DNA of 64,000 bases from Octopus sinensis. Lineage: Eukaryota. This document shows, piece by piece, positions 1 through 13,393 of the stretch (position 1 is the stretch's first letter; each line of letters opens with the position of its first letter). The notes under the pieces are model-generated. The model ran no database searches and was not told the DNA's origin. It saw nothing but the letters and a program-made list of their open reading frames with translations. The stretch covers positions 151,776,001-151,840,000 of the forward strand of contig NC_042997.1 of assembly GCF_006345805.1 (NCBI RefSeq). The letters are read 5' to 3'. The position numbers and the translations under genes are program-made.

Positions 1-90
1 TTGTGTCGATTTGTTCGATTGAAACCCCTCAAAGTAGTGCTCCAGTATTGCGGCAGTTAAATGACTGAAACAAGTAAAATAATAAAATAA
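1..90 (+). mobile_element. 3' fragment of SINE-like family B
   Basis: gtcgatttgttcga...gctccag...aaatgactgaaacaagtaaaa matches copies at 16250-16330 and, reverse-complemented, at 27557-27620 and 63415-63475. Confidence 0.7.
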
Positions 91-2187
91 TGTCATGGTT
101 GACCTACGTTTAAGCAACAACAACAAATGAAATATTTGTAATGCTTTCACTGATGATTAAAGAAGAATCTACTACCTGGTTGCAATCAAAGTCCCTTCTC
201 GACTCTCGTGCAAAATATGTTGGTATATATTTTAGTCCTTCCTATTTCGATGCTTTAACACCTGCTAGCCTTGTCGTGGCACCGCTGTGAACAGTGTGCC
301 CTAGCCATTTAAACCCGAGGGAACTCATCTCATTTCAGGTTCGAACACAGTTGACTTTTTCTAGGAGAAGGAGACAAAGTGAGCTAAAGAGAAAAAAAGG
401 TGAAAAAGAGTCAGACTCACAAACTGATAGACAAAGAAAATTTAATCCTCGTACTGGACTGTTTGTTATTTATCCACTCTGAAATGATGACAGTGAAGTT
501 AACCTCAGTGGGAGCTGAACACAAAGGACATGGAACAAATATCCAACTCTAACATCCTTGTCAGTTAGCCACTTATTAATATTATACATCAGCCAAGTTT
601 GAAGGAGTATACTATTCTGGAGGCTTACTAACAAATGCTAGTAATCTAAGGCTTGCGATGAAACTGTAAAATGCATTAAAAGTTGTTATCTTTTTAAAGC
701 AATGTGTAATCAGTAAAACTTTACATTCACTCCACGTTTTACTCAAATGGTTTTCATTACAGGAAGAAGGACAGTGATCCATATCTAATTTGAATGGATA
801 CTGTCTCGGGAATCTATAGTGAAGATAGTTTCGTTAAAACAAGCGATTGATCAGGTCTATTTCCTAATTAGTGGAAAAGTCTTTCTAACGCATTTTTATA
901 GTTTAGCCACCGCTAAATTTTACTCACGGTTTTATAAAAAAAAAACACTTAGATTTTAGCTCTATGGAGGAATGCTCAGTGCAAATTACTACAGATTGGA
1001 ATCGAACCCAGAAGCATGTAAATTCCGAAAAAACTTTTGAACCACGTGTTTTGGACGAGCCCTTGCCCGGTTACAATTTTATTTATGAATGAGATAAACT
1101 GAGAAATAGCGGATCGATATATCAGTCAGTACTCGATATGTATTTAGTACAAGAGAAAAATTCAAGAGAAAAATTCATACCCCTGTCATTGAAATTAATT
1201 GATACATTTTTGCAATTTCTTCAATAAATTTGAAAATGACTAGAAATGTTAATTATGAGCTAACATGCCAATTCTAAAATTTGTATTGAAAAAGCTGTGA
1301 AAGTATTAAAAGGTCATGATAATCAGTGGTCTCTACGGAGTTCAAATTAAAATTCCTGTGACTTTTGGCCTCAGAGTTTTAAAAAGCCAACGTCTTTATA
1401 TTTCCATTAAAATAAAAAAAATGAATAGAAGTGTTTTATATTAAATTCAGTTAGTCATACACCCATTGAAACATCTTTTATTCTTATTGAATAGATTTAA
1501 AATCCCAAATATTTCAAAAGGAATGAACAAATGATGGGGAGGAGGCATCATACTCATGCTTAATCTAATATAATATCATACTCGTGTTAATATAACTAAT
1601 AGTACAATAAACTACTTTAATAAGATTAACATTATCTTTTCAATATCAATTTTAATTCTGAAATATTTCTATAATTGCATTGTTTCTTAATTTACTTAAA
1701 TAAGCGTACATAGTATATTTTTATTAATTTAATTCCTCAACTTCTTACGTATGGGTAAGTATATACCTAACAGTCTAAGCGCATAGAGATAAGCTTATAA
1801 ATAATGCACATACACACGCACATATAGTTATGCATGTATATATAAATGTATATACATGTACACACACGTACACAAACACAAATATATAAGCGAATGAATA
1901 TGTATATATGTGTGTTCGAGAGTGTATGGATTTTCACGTATAACTATTGGTATATATTATTCTATTCATTTAGTAGGATTTATTCATTAGTTTGAGGCTG
2001 ACGATTCATCCGACACCACTCGATCACATTTTTGGATACAACTAATAACATGGTAAGTATTTTTCCCCCAGCAAATTATCCGCTATCATGAAACAAATTA
2101 TGTGAACTTGGAGAATCATTACGCTCAAAGAACATATGTGTGCGTGTGACCGCGTATGCATATATATATATTGTATAAAGAACTGTA

Positions 2188-2695
2188 CGAAGTAAAAGCA
2201 AGGCAAATCACAAGAAAACGAATATGTGAATTAATTGAGACTACTTTGCATTCAATATTTCGGGGTTATGACAGCATACTCAAGAAATTAACGAATGTTG
2301 CAGATGTGCATGTGTGTGTGAGTGTGTGTGGAGTGGACATACACGGGAAGTTGTAGCTATAGCAACAAGGTAGCTTACTCTAACTGTCTTCTGTTGTTGA
2401 TGTTTGGTTTCCTTTGGTGTATGAGGATGGCCTCGGAGATTCTAAGGTTCTAAGGTTAGAATCTCCGAGGCCATCTTCATACACCAAAGGAAACCAACCA
2501 TCAACAACAGAAGAGAGCTAGAGGAAGCTACATGGTTGCTATAGCAACAACTTTCTGTGCATGTCCACTCCACACACACACGCACATCTGCAACATTCGT
2601 TAATTTGTTGAGTATGGGATCATGACCCCGAAATATTGAATGCAAGGTAAGTCTCCATTAATTGTTTTCTTGTGATTTGCCTTGCTTTTACTCCG
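2188..2695. repeat. ~510 bp fold-back palindrome (MITE-like)
   Basis: Arm 2188-2445 is the diverged reverse complement of 2456-2695. The track ORFs 2156..2356(+) and 2442..2645(-) translate to mirror peptides (HSIFRG.D.IL.KLTNVADV). Confidence 0.9.
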
Positions 2696-3159
2696 CATTA
2701 TCCTGGCCTTACCCATGATCCATTATACACTATATATATATTTTTAAATACACATATTTGTGTGTGTATATGCGTATGTCTACATACATACAACAAACCC
2801 CGCGTTACGGAAATAATGCGGCCCTGAAATATTTTCGAAATGCGAAATTAATTCTCCCATTGATTTCCATATTATAAAGTGATAATGGCGTTCCAATGTA
2901 TATTGACTTTTGTGAGACAAAAAGAAAAGGAGAAGAAAAATGCAACAATACTATTTATGCATGAATATAGCAATTTTTAAACATACACAGTACAATATGT
3001 ATGCATCAAATCATTTGAAGAGAAATATTTTAGAGAATAGATAACGAATAAAAATATTGTAATCGGGTATATTATTACCAATAAATTGGTTATTGCTGAG
3101 TGAAAGATGCTGAGTGTTAAATGAAAGTTAGTGGATTGATGAAAGGCCACTATTTTCAA

Positions 3160-4500
3160 TTCTATAGTTCATCATCAACATCTACTTGAGAAGTGAAGAA
3201 CATCGAAAATTGTTTGGTGGTTATTAGCATCTCTTTACACAGTTTAGTACAGGAACTGAGTTCATTGTACATTCCTCTTATACTTTTTACGCTATATCCA
3301 GGATTAGAGAACAAAACTTGTAAACTTTCCTCTATAAATATCAAATCTTTAAGAATATTCTTTGCAGTCAATTTAAGTGAAATTGTTGGAAATACCATAT
3401 TCTCATCTGTATACTTAATTCCCGCTTATTGCAACAGTACTGGCTCTGTGTCAGATATTTCTCAATAGAAAACTAACCATTCAACCACATCATCCTATCT
3501 GACTTTCACTAAACCTAGACCATTTTTAAGTGTCAGAATATTTTTTCGAATTTGATGTAAACTTTCTCCTTTTGGAATCACGGATACAATCTGACCATTT
3601 ATTTTTCCAGGTACCATATAGTATTTAGCGTTTCACTTCATGGTATGACTCAATATTATAACGCTCACCAACCATTATGCTGAACTTCTTCCAGAAGTTT
3701 CTATTTGTAGGTTTATCATACCTGTCAATGGCTTCCGTAAGTAGTTTCAGAGTTCGTTTCAGATAATATGCCTTGAAGTCAACTGTCACACCTTCACTCA
3801 ATGACGAGCAAAGAAGTATTCTTGAGGCTATATTTTATTCTCACATTATCGGAAAGCTTCTTTAAGTTCACTGGGTGGTTTGGTGTTTTGTCTTAAAGCA
3901 GCAAAGCTTTGTACGGAATGTGAAGTCTTGTACTATATTTTACTACAGCGGGATAAAAAATGTGCTTCTATGAAAGACTCTTCGAAAAGGTTCCAAGTCA
4001 CCCATTACTTCTTATATCAGAGACAAATTGAAATTTGTGTAACCAGAAGAAATATGTTGGCTTTTTGGAGTGATGCACAAGCAGAGTCTATAATTTCCTG
4101 TAACACCGACGGCATCGCCTCTCAGAAGACGTGTTAAACGATTTTTAGAAAGCTTTAAATATGATTCTTGATTTTCCTTCTCGCGAAATAAATTATAGCA
4201 GGTATGAATCTCTAGAAAAGAGCAATATAATCAACTTGGTGCTCTTGCTCATATGTTTATCTCCCTCCAGCAATCTCCTCAGGATGCTTCGTAGCAATCT
4301 CCGTATCAGCATTGCCAGTAGTTCCAATCTTTTCTATGTGTACACTCAAGTACTTCTTAAACCTCTCAAACTAGTCTTTAATGAGAGAAAATGTTTTCCA
4401 TTGGTAATTTCAACCTCATTTTCCTGAAAATCGTCTGATAAACATCTGATTAAATTCTAATTTGATTAAATTCTTATCAGAAGATTGCAACTGCACTGAT
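3160..4500 (-). pseudogene. Decayed Tigger/pogo (Tc1-mariner superfamily) transposase
   Basis: Minus-strand frames give FERFKK, GNADTEIA, KNRLTRLLRGDAVG, WVTWNLFEE and GVTVDFKAYYLKRTLKLL..NFWKKFSI..HEVKR*ILYGTWKNKW. These are collinear with the Tigger1/TIGD1 DDE domain (GVIxxFKxYYLR, FWKxFxI, WxEV, GxWK). Many stops and frameshifts. Confidence 0.8.
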
Positions 4501-5145
4501 TCGTGATCCACACAACTAAATGCCTTACTATGTTATATATCTATCAAAAAATTAAGTTTCGAGATCAATGAAAAATAATATTCGAGCAGTTAATAGAATA
4601 AGTTCCTGCCTGGTATTATTTATTTACCTGTATATTTTTTGTGGATTATTGTTGATCGTAAATGCTGTTGGATCTACCTACATTTCAAAATGTCAAGAAA
4701 GAAGCCATAAGTCGGAAAAGGAATGGCAAATGGATTAACCTGGGGATTTAACTTGATGGTTTTTAACGGCTTGAAATGGAAGAAAACTTAATCTGATTGC
4801 CAAATCATTAAATTTTTTCAGTGTCTACGTAACAACAGAGAGAACAAAGTAAGAACAAATTATTCTCGCCCAATTCCTATAAATGCCAGATTGGGAATGA
4901 AAAGATGAAAAATGTTGTAGTGTGTTGGTAGGAAATACACTATGATTACAATTAGTTGAATGGTTACGAGATTCATTAACACTTAGCCCTTGCAACTCTG
5001 TCTTAAACAATATAATCTTCATAATGAACTAGCACACACGAACACACTATTGCGTTCACATACAACATATATAGCTACAGACATCGATATCAACCTGATC
5101 CTATAATTGTTGTTGTCAGATGGTTCTTCAAAACTTATTGGGTTG

Positions 5146-5204
<59 letters not shown>

Positions 5205-5569
5205 GGTGGTGGTCGTCGTCGTGATGGTGGTGGAGGTCGTCGTCGTATTGGTTTGACTATTGGTGGTCTAACTTTTCTCGCTAATTGCATTGTTGCTGCT
5301 TAATCTCAAGTTGATCCTCATTAATCTAAGATCAAAGATATTTCATTCAAAATTTATAGTAAGCCAGAGGACCATATTATCTCGTATTTATTTTTGTTTA
5401 ATTTTTAACTGGAATTACTTTTCTAGTTTATAATATTGTTGCTGTTGTTGTGAGTGTTGAAAGAGTTGATAGGTTGGTGAAGGCAATGTTTGTATTGGCT
5501 CATATATTGGTAGTGCTTGAACTGATGATGATAAATAGTGGTGTAGGTGAAAGTTGATTTGTGTGTGTG

Positions 5570-6535
<966 letters not shown>

Positions 6536-7699
6536 TGCGCACGTACGTATGTACGTTCAGCCATACATACGTGTGAGTGAGTCAGGGAGAGAGGGACAGG
6601 CATACTGAGAGAGAGAGAGAGGGAGAGAGAGAGATGAACTAGCTAGTTAGATCGATTGTTAGATAGATTTACTCTCATAATTTTCACTTAGCAATTAATT
6701 CGACGCACTTCTACCTCTTCTATTTAATCTTCGTTTCTCATTTTACAATTCTGTATTATCTCTTCTAATTAGGCGTATACATTCTGCGCCAGAATTTATC
6801 AGTATTCTGTTGCAGAATTCAATGTTATTATCTTCATTATCAACATTATTATTATTCTTATCAGCAACATCGCTACAAAAGCAACTTCTATCGTAAACCC
6901 TTGTATAAATATCATTAAAATCGTTTCCTTTTGCGATCTTCTTAATATCTCAGTTTCTCATCAAATTAACATTTAGAAACCTATTTTCATTACTGCTGTT
7001 ATCTATCTGTGTGCATGGATCCGCAGTTTCTTAATATGTGTGTGATCGTGCATGTATGTCTATATGTATGTATTTATGTATGTGTGTGTTTCTTTACTGT
7101 TCATATAAATTCTTCCGACAAAGAAACAGTTTGTTTTCGAAGACAGTAAGAAAACTTCGTCGCTGGAAACATGGATTAAAAAAACGATACGTGTTATATG
7201 TTGGATTTCAGAAAGTCTTACATATTTTATTACTGCTCCACTTACAAAGTATATTTGTAAACAGTATTAGCTGATCATTTTCTTTGCTTGAAAACTGAAG
7301 TTTTGAGAGTATTACTTAAATATTTAATAACATAGCCTACAAAAGCTACATCCATCACTTGCAATTGAGACTGGCTGTTAGCATTTACCACACTGTTGCT
7401 TATTCGTTTTTGTGTTTATACAGTCGCAAGTAGATTAAGACATCTTCAAAATACTCCCACCCTTGACACAACTTGTTAGTCAATTCAGCTTGTAAGCTGG
7501 GAAAACTCCGGAAGAAAACATGGCAGCTGGTCAAGAAATTGAAAGCACGTCCTTAAACTCATGAGCCCAATATCCTAATCATAAACTCTGCACACCGTCA
7601 CATTAATATAACCATATGAACCAATAATTATTGCTATAAATGAGAATTTATAGCCATAGTAGAGAAACTGAAAGTTTTGAAGCACGTATCTTTGATTCT

Positions 7700-7915
7700 T
7701 ACGTTAGCACGCCGGGCGAAATGCGTAGCCGTATTTCGTCTGCCGTTACGTTCTGAGTTCAAATTCCGCCGAGGTCGACTTTGCCTTTCATCCTTTCGGG
7801 ATCGATAAATTAAGTACCAGTTACGCACTGGGGTCGATGTAATCGACTTAATCCGTTTGTCTGTCCTTGTTTGTCCCCTCTGTGTTTAGCCCCTTGTGGG
7901 TAGTAAAGAAATATC
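7700..7915 (+). mobile_element. tRNA-derived SINE family A
   Basis: gttagcacgccgggcgaaatgc..ctgagttcaaattcc (B box)..gtcgactttgcctttcatcctttcggg..gtcgatgtaatcgac; the same unit recurs at 31930-32148, 35320-35535 and 39190-39405. Confidence 0.85.
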
Positions 7916-8344
7916 TTCTTCTTTACTCCGACTTCCAAAATGTTTATAACCGTAAGGCAGCTGTAGTTTGCATACGTACGTACGTTTGCCTGCATGCATA
8001 TATGTATGCATGTGTCCACATATGCATGTATGTAAGCTTGTGTGTATAAACGTACGTATGTATGGATGCATGCATTTATATACGCAACTCTGCATGTATT
8101 TTATTTCCACCACTACGAATGTACCCTATGCATGCATGTATCTATGTTTGTATGTATGTATGTATGTATGTATGTATGTATGTATGTATGTATGTATGTA
8201 TGTATGTATGTATGTATGTATGTATGCACCAAGTTGTACATTTGTAGTCATGTTTGTGTGTATATACTTATGTTTGTATGCCACAAGGCAAAACATCTAA
8301 ATGTTTTAGGCAAAACATCTAAATGTTTTGCATGTTTTCACAGA

Positions 8345-8533
8345 TTAATTAATGAGTTCTAATTGCCTCATATTCATTAGACATGCTGTTTCTACTTTTA
8401 TGACACCCATCTTCCGAAGGGTAATATCCAGGTAGTCAGCCGCATAAAGAAGTGCACCAATATCTCTACTGGTATCAATCTGAATTGATAGTCCTGCTAA
8501 AGTATCAACTGGTTTCTTATTGATATACCACAA
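8345..8533 (-). pseudogene. Possible decayed LINE reverse-transcriptase fragment
   Basis: ORF contains WYIN....IGALLYAAD, resembling the LxYADD motif region of non-LTR RTs. Short, and flanking motifs are not clearly recognisable. Confidence 0.3.
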
Positions 8534-9369
8534 TGTTTTCTTTCTCTTTTAACAACATAATAATATTTGCTGAACAACCGATTTCTATTAATGCAGGCAC
8601 TTTCTCTTTCTATCCTATGTTGTTGTGTCTGGACTGTTTGCACTTACATTTTTACAGAAGTGTGACTGAAATATTTCAGCATTTTTCGTATTAAGAGTAA
8701 GTAATTCCCTCACACTACCGTTTCTTATGATATTTTTTATTTTCATGACAATCCATTAAACTATTTGTACTCTAATGTTGTTGCTGTGACATATTGCTTC
8801 ATATATATGTATTAGCGAGACATATTTTCAGGAAGCTGGTTAAGATATGGATAAAAGCTTCCACGTTAATTCCACTGAGTCTAAATCATTTATTGAATCG
8901 AAGTCTATCGTGCTTTAGGTGTGTTGTTATTTTGAATTCATGAATTGCAATAGCATCTCCTTCCAAAAAAGAAGCTGATATATTATATTGGCTGTTGGTC
9001 TAAGATACGCTATTCAGTGAACTGTGTTACTGTAAAGTTACTCAAAGCAGAGATATGCATGACCTTTTGTTGATAAGCAGTAATGCTCTGACCTGCAACA
9101 GAGCTGTGCAACTTTTCTGGGTGCATATGTGGGTGATTGACTAAGGAATACGCTACGAAGAATTCTTTTCCCGCACTTATTATGTTCTTTCCTGTATGCA
9201 GACTGCATCTACAGCTGCACTTCGGTGATTTGTGGATAGTACATATATACGCCGACAGGATGTTATGTGTCATTCAGTCACTATTTGAATTGATGTAATG
9301 ATAGTTTGTATGTATTTACGTTGATATATATGTATATCAACGTAAATACACACACACACACACATACAT

Positions 9370-9370
<1 letters not shown>

Positions 9371-9468
<98 letters not shown>
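9371..9468. repeat. (TAGA)n array at the LINE 3' end
   Basis: Abuts the element about 7 nt after its AATAAA. Confidence 0.95.
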
Positions 9469-9907
9469 TGTTTCTTTATTAGCCACACAGGGCTGCACAC
9501 AGATAGAACAAATTACAAGGTAGAGCTTTTCTTTTGAAGGTTTAAAAAAAATAAAAAATAAAAAAAAAAATTAAAAAAAAAAAAAAATAAGAAATAAAAT
9601 AAAATAAAATAAAAATAAAATAAAAAAGGGGGGGTCGATCAAAAGGGATCGTAAAAGGAGAGAAAGAGGACAAAAAAAAAGGGGGGTTAAAAAAAAGGGG
9701 GAGAGGAAAAAAATTGATCAATAGGGATCGTTATCACAGAAATGTCAATATGAAGTGTAAAGGGGAGGACAGGTGAGGTTTACCCGTGGAAAGAAAAGCC
9801 TACGGAAAAGACCACGGTAACCTCGGTCAATGAAGTCACATGTTATATTTCTTTTTTTTTTTTTTTTTTTTTGCAAATAAGCAACTCTCTGTATTAATTT
9901 TTACGGT

Positions 9908-12900
9908 TCATAGAATCATAGTCAAGGTGGCTTCGTCATTCATACGTGCCATCCTTGCTACATTCACCCATCTTTTTTTAAAACATTCACTAGACAAAAC
10001 TTGCCTCTCTACTCTCACTTTTTCTTCAAGTGATACTTGAAGAAGTTGATGAGAGATTGACCAGAGAGGAAAGTGTTTGTCTCTAATCCTTTCAGACGCG
10101 TCCACCAGATACATTCTTTCGCCATAGCCACAAGTATGATAAAAATAGCTCTTCCTTCCCGTTTGAAGGAAGGAGGCGTGACGATATTAACGATAGACTC
10201 GGCTGATAAACCGACACGTCCCACACGTGACAGCAGTCGTTCGACATAAGCCCACAGGTGGGAAATTGCTGGACACTGCACGATTGCGTGCAGAGCGGTT
10301 TCGTCGCTCTGCCCGCATCTCGGGCAGGTCGGCCCCGTGTTTCTCGAGCCATGCCTATAGAGCTTATCCCGAACGGGTAGCGCTTCTCGGTAGCACCGCC
10401 AGGCCAGGGATCTCTGGAAGTTGTCCATAGGTCCCGGGCCGAAAGTCGTTTGAAACAGGCGGGTCAGGTATTCCTCGTCGACGCCCAGGTTTGCCCCGAG
10501 CTCGTCGTCGTACCTCCCCTCCACTAATCCCCTATAGAATGCTTTGGTTGTGTTGAAGTCACTCAAGGTCGACCCGGGACGGCAGAGTTGCTTGAGAGCA
10601 ACGCGACACTCGCGGTGCCATTCGCCCTTCTTCGGCCTCTTTTTGATCCACGACTGTAGTTCGGTCATGGAGACGAGTTGCGGGAATGCGTGCCTCACAA
10701 ACGGCGACCACACCTGTTCACCGTCGTCTACATAGAGCCGGAGATGTCGCAGTCTCAGCGCGTGTCTGCGCATCATCAACCACGGCATGCCCAGCCCTCC
10801 TTTTAACGGGTGTTGACAGCAAATGGATCGCCTGACCATCGGGACGCATCCTTTCCACAAGAAGCGGAAGAGGATGCGTTCTAGTTTGGTGATGGTAGGG
10901 TCGGGACAAGGTACGACGGTCAGGCGGTAGTAGATGATGGACGCGATGTACGCGTTCACCACCTCCGCCCGACCTTTTAGGGACAGTTTCCTCTCGGCCC
11001 ATTGCTGGGCGAGAGTGACCACCCTACTCGTTATCTCGTTCCAGTTCTTCTCCATTTGGAGGTCCGGACCGAACCAGACCCCGAGCAACTCAACCGGGCC
11101 GTCTGTCCAGCGTCCCACGACGGAGGTACTGGTGGACGGCATGGGTTTGCTTCTCCAGGTGCCGAGCCGCAAGCCCACTGACTTTTCCGGTTGATTTTTG
11201 CTCCTGTCACCGCTTCGTAGTCTTTCAGTGTCTCGCCGACCCGCTCGATGTGCTCGTGGCTTGACACTATGACGGTGACGTCGTCCGCGTATGCAGACAC
11301 GCTCGTCCCGCATCCTAATTCTCGCGGGATGCCCCTCAGAGTCGCCAGCTTCCGCAGTAGTGGCTCAAGAGTCAATACGTATAGAAGCGCCGAGAGGGGG
11401 CATCCCTGACGGACCGAACGTGCAATGTCGAAGGGTCTCGATAGATGTCCATTTACGCGAATTACCGAACGGATGCCTCTGTACAAGGCAGCTATCCAGC
11501 CGCGGAAGACGGGACCGAAACCAGCCGCTCTCAGGACTGCCTCCAAGTATCGATGGTCTACCCTATCAAAGGCTTTCGATTGATCCAAGTTGATCAGGGC
11601 CCCACCCATGCCAGGTTCGTTAACTACCCTGTCTATGATGTAGCGCATCAGATGGAGGTTGTCATGGATGCTCCGGCCCGGCACGGCGCACGTTTGTGCG
11701 TTGTCGACCAGTTTCTCCATGACAAGCGCCAACCTCTTGGCTAACACCTTTGTCAAAATTTTCAGGTCTGCATTGAGCAGAGTGATTGGCCTAAAGTTAT
11801 CTATAATGTTTCCCTTGTTTGGATCTTTCTTCAGCAGAGTTACAGCTCCTCGACTCACAAAACCGGGTATGCTCCCGTTTTGCTGCCAGTTGCAGTATAC
11901 CGCTGCCAAGACGTCTCCAAACAAGTCTGGCATACAATAGTAAAATTCGTAGGGTAGACCATCCAAACCCGGTGATTTGTCCCTCGAGCATTCTGCCATC
12001 GCTTCCCGCACTTCCGCCGCCGTGATGGCACCTTCGCAGCACCCTGCCTTTCTTGTCGAGAGTCGTGGCAGGCTATGTAGGTAGGCACTGAAGTCTACCC
12101 TACGTTCTTGCCCTCCACTCGTCCCGAACAGTCGGGCAAAATGCTGCTGAAAGGCCTCACACATTTTACTTGGCTCGAGCAATTCGCGCCCCTGTTCATC
12201 TACCAGTGACCGAATGGTGGCTTTGTTGCCCTGTTGCGCCTCTGCCACCCGGGCCTCTCTCGCGGCTCCAACACCTTCGTTCCTTAGAGCACGCATCCTA
12301 GCTCTGACAGCACATCCTTCGTGTTTGGCGTTGAAGTGTTGGTCGAGGGCCAACCTCGCCGCCAAAACGTCGGATGCGATGCCGCTTCTAATTGCCTCTT
12401 CTAGCTTCTTAACTAGCTCACCCTCTACTCTATTTCTATCTATGGCTAGTGCTTTGCTGTACCTAATCGCTTCTGCTTTTACTGCTCTCTTGAGGGCAAA
12501 CCACCATTTGTTGTTGATGATGGCTCCCGTCAAAGCCCTCTTTACTAGTGTGCTAATCCGGTCTCTGAAAACTTGTCTGGACGGGAATGATGCGTTCAGT
12601 TTCCAGTACCCAGGACCCTGTCTATGTGCCTTATCTAAGTCTAGCGTACACGTCACCAATTTGTGATCCGTGTAGCTGACTGTGTGGAATTGTGGACATC
12701 CTAAGTTATCCTTGTCTACTGTCCTACACAGTATCCTATCTAGATACGATCTCGACGACCCACTGCGGTTGCTCCATGTCCACGTTGGTGCATTTGGGTG
12801 GTCGAGTCGGTACCTGTCAGACAGTTGGAATCGTCTGAGCAGGTCTCTGAGGCATTTGCATCCCCTTCTGTTTCTGTCTCTACCCACGTAGTCTACATGC

Positions 12901-13343
12901 GTGTCCAAGGTAGCATTCCAATCCCCCACTAAGAGTAAAGGACGAGACGTTCCCAAGAATACTTCTAGACGTCGAAAGAAATCCGCCCGACCTGTTAAGG
13001 GCGGTGCGTAGACTGATACGAGTCGAAAAGCGCACCCATTGCTGCCGTCAACATCCAGAACGATCAGTCTACCCTCCGGGTCTACGAATATCGTCTTGAC
13101 TTCGAGATCCAGGCTCTTGTGAAAAAGTACCGCGGTGCCACTACCGCCCATCCTCGGCAGACAGGGAGCGAAATAAATGTTAAACTGTCCGCCAAACATG
13201 GACTTTAGGGCCCGTGGCTCGTGGAGTCTGGTCTCACTTATGGCTATGATTCCCAAATCATGTGACTTGATGTCATTTAGGAGGTATCCTTGTTTCCAAG
13301 GAGACCCCAAGCCACGCGCATTCACACAACCAATCTTGACCAT
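9908..13343 (-). CDS. ORF2: APE endonuclease + reverse transcriptase + C-terminal zinc finger, ~1145 aa after correcting two frameshifts (~11186 and ~10020)
   Basis: EN motifs NARGL, ISETR, VYAP, GDWN, SYLDRI, TDH. RT motifs PGLDGLP, FRPITLLN, DQSKAFDRV, RQGCPLS, YADD. C-terminal CPRC..ETALHAIVQC. Joins track ORFs 11031..13343, 10015..11313 and 9908..10114. Confidence 0.93.
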
Positions 13344-13393
13344 GATTCTATTGGGGTGTGTGCTTTAAAACACACAAATGAAAGTACAGAGAG

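Noticed and set aside
294-482. 62-aa ORF with RKFNP, faintly like a hAT/TTF zinc-finger start
   Set aside because: The expected W and C residues are missing; insufficient evidence.
5515-5555. CTGATGA...GAAA hammerhead-like spacing
   Set aside because: No stem II, stem I or stem III can be formed; chance match.
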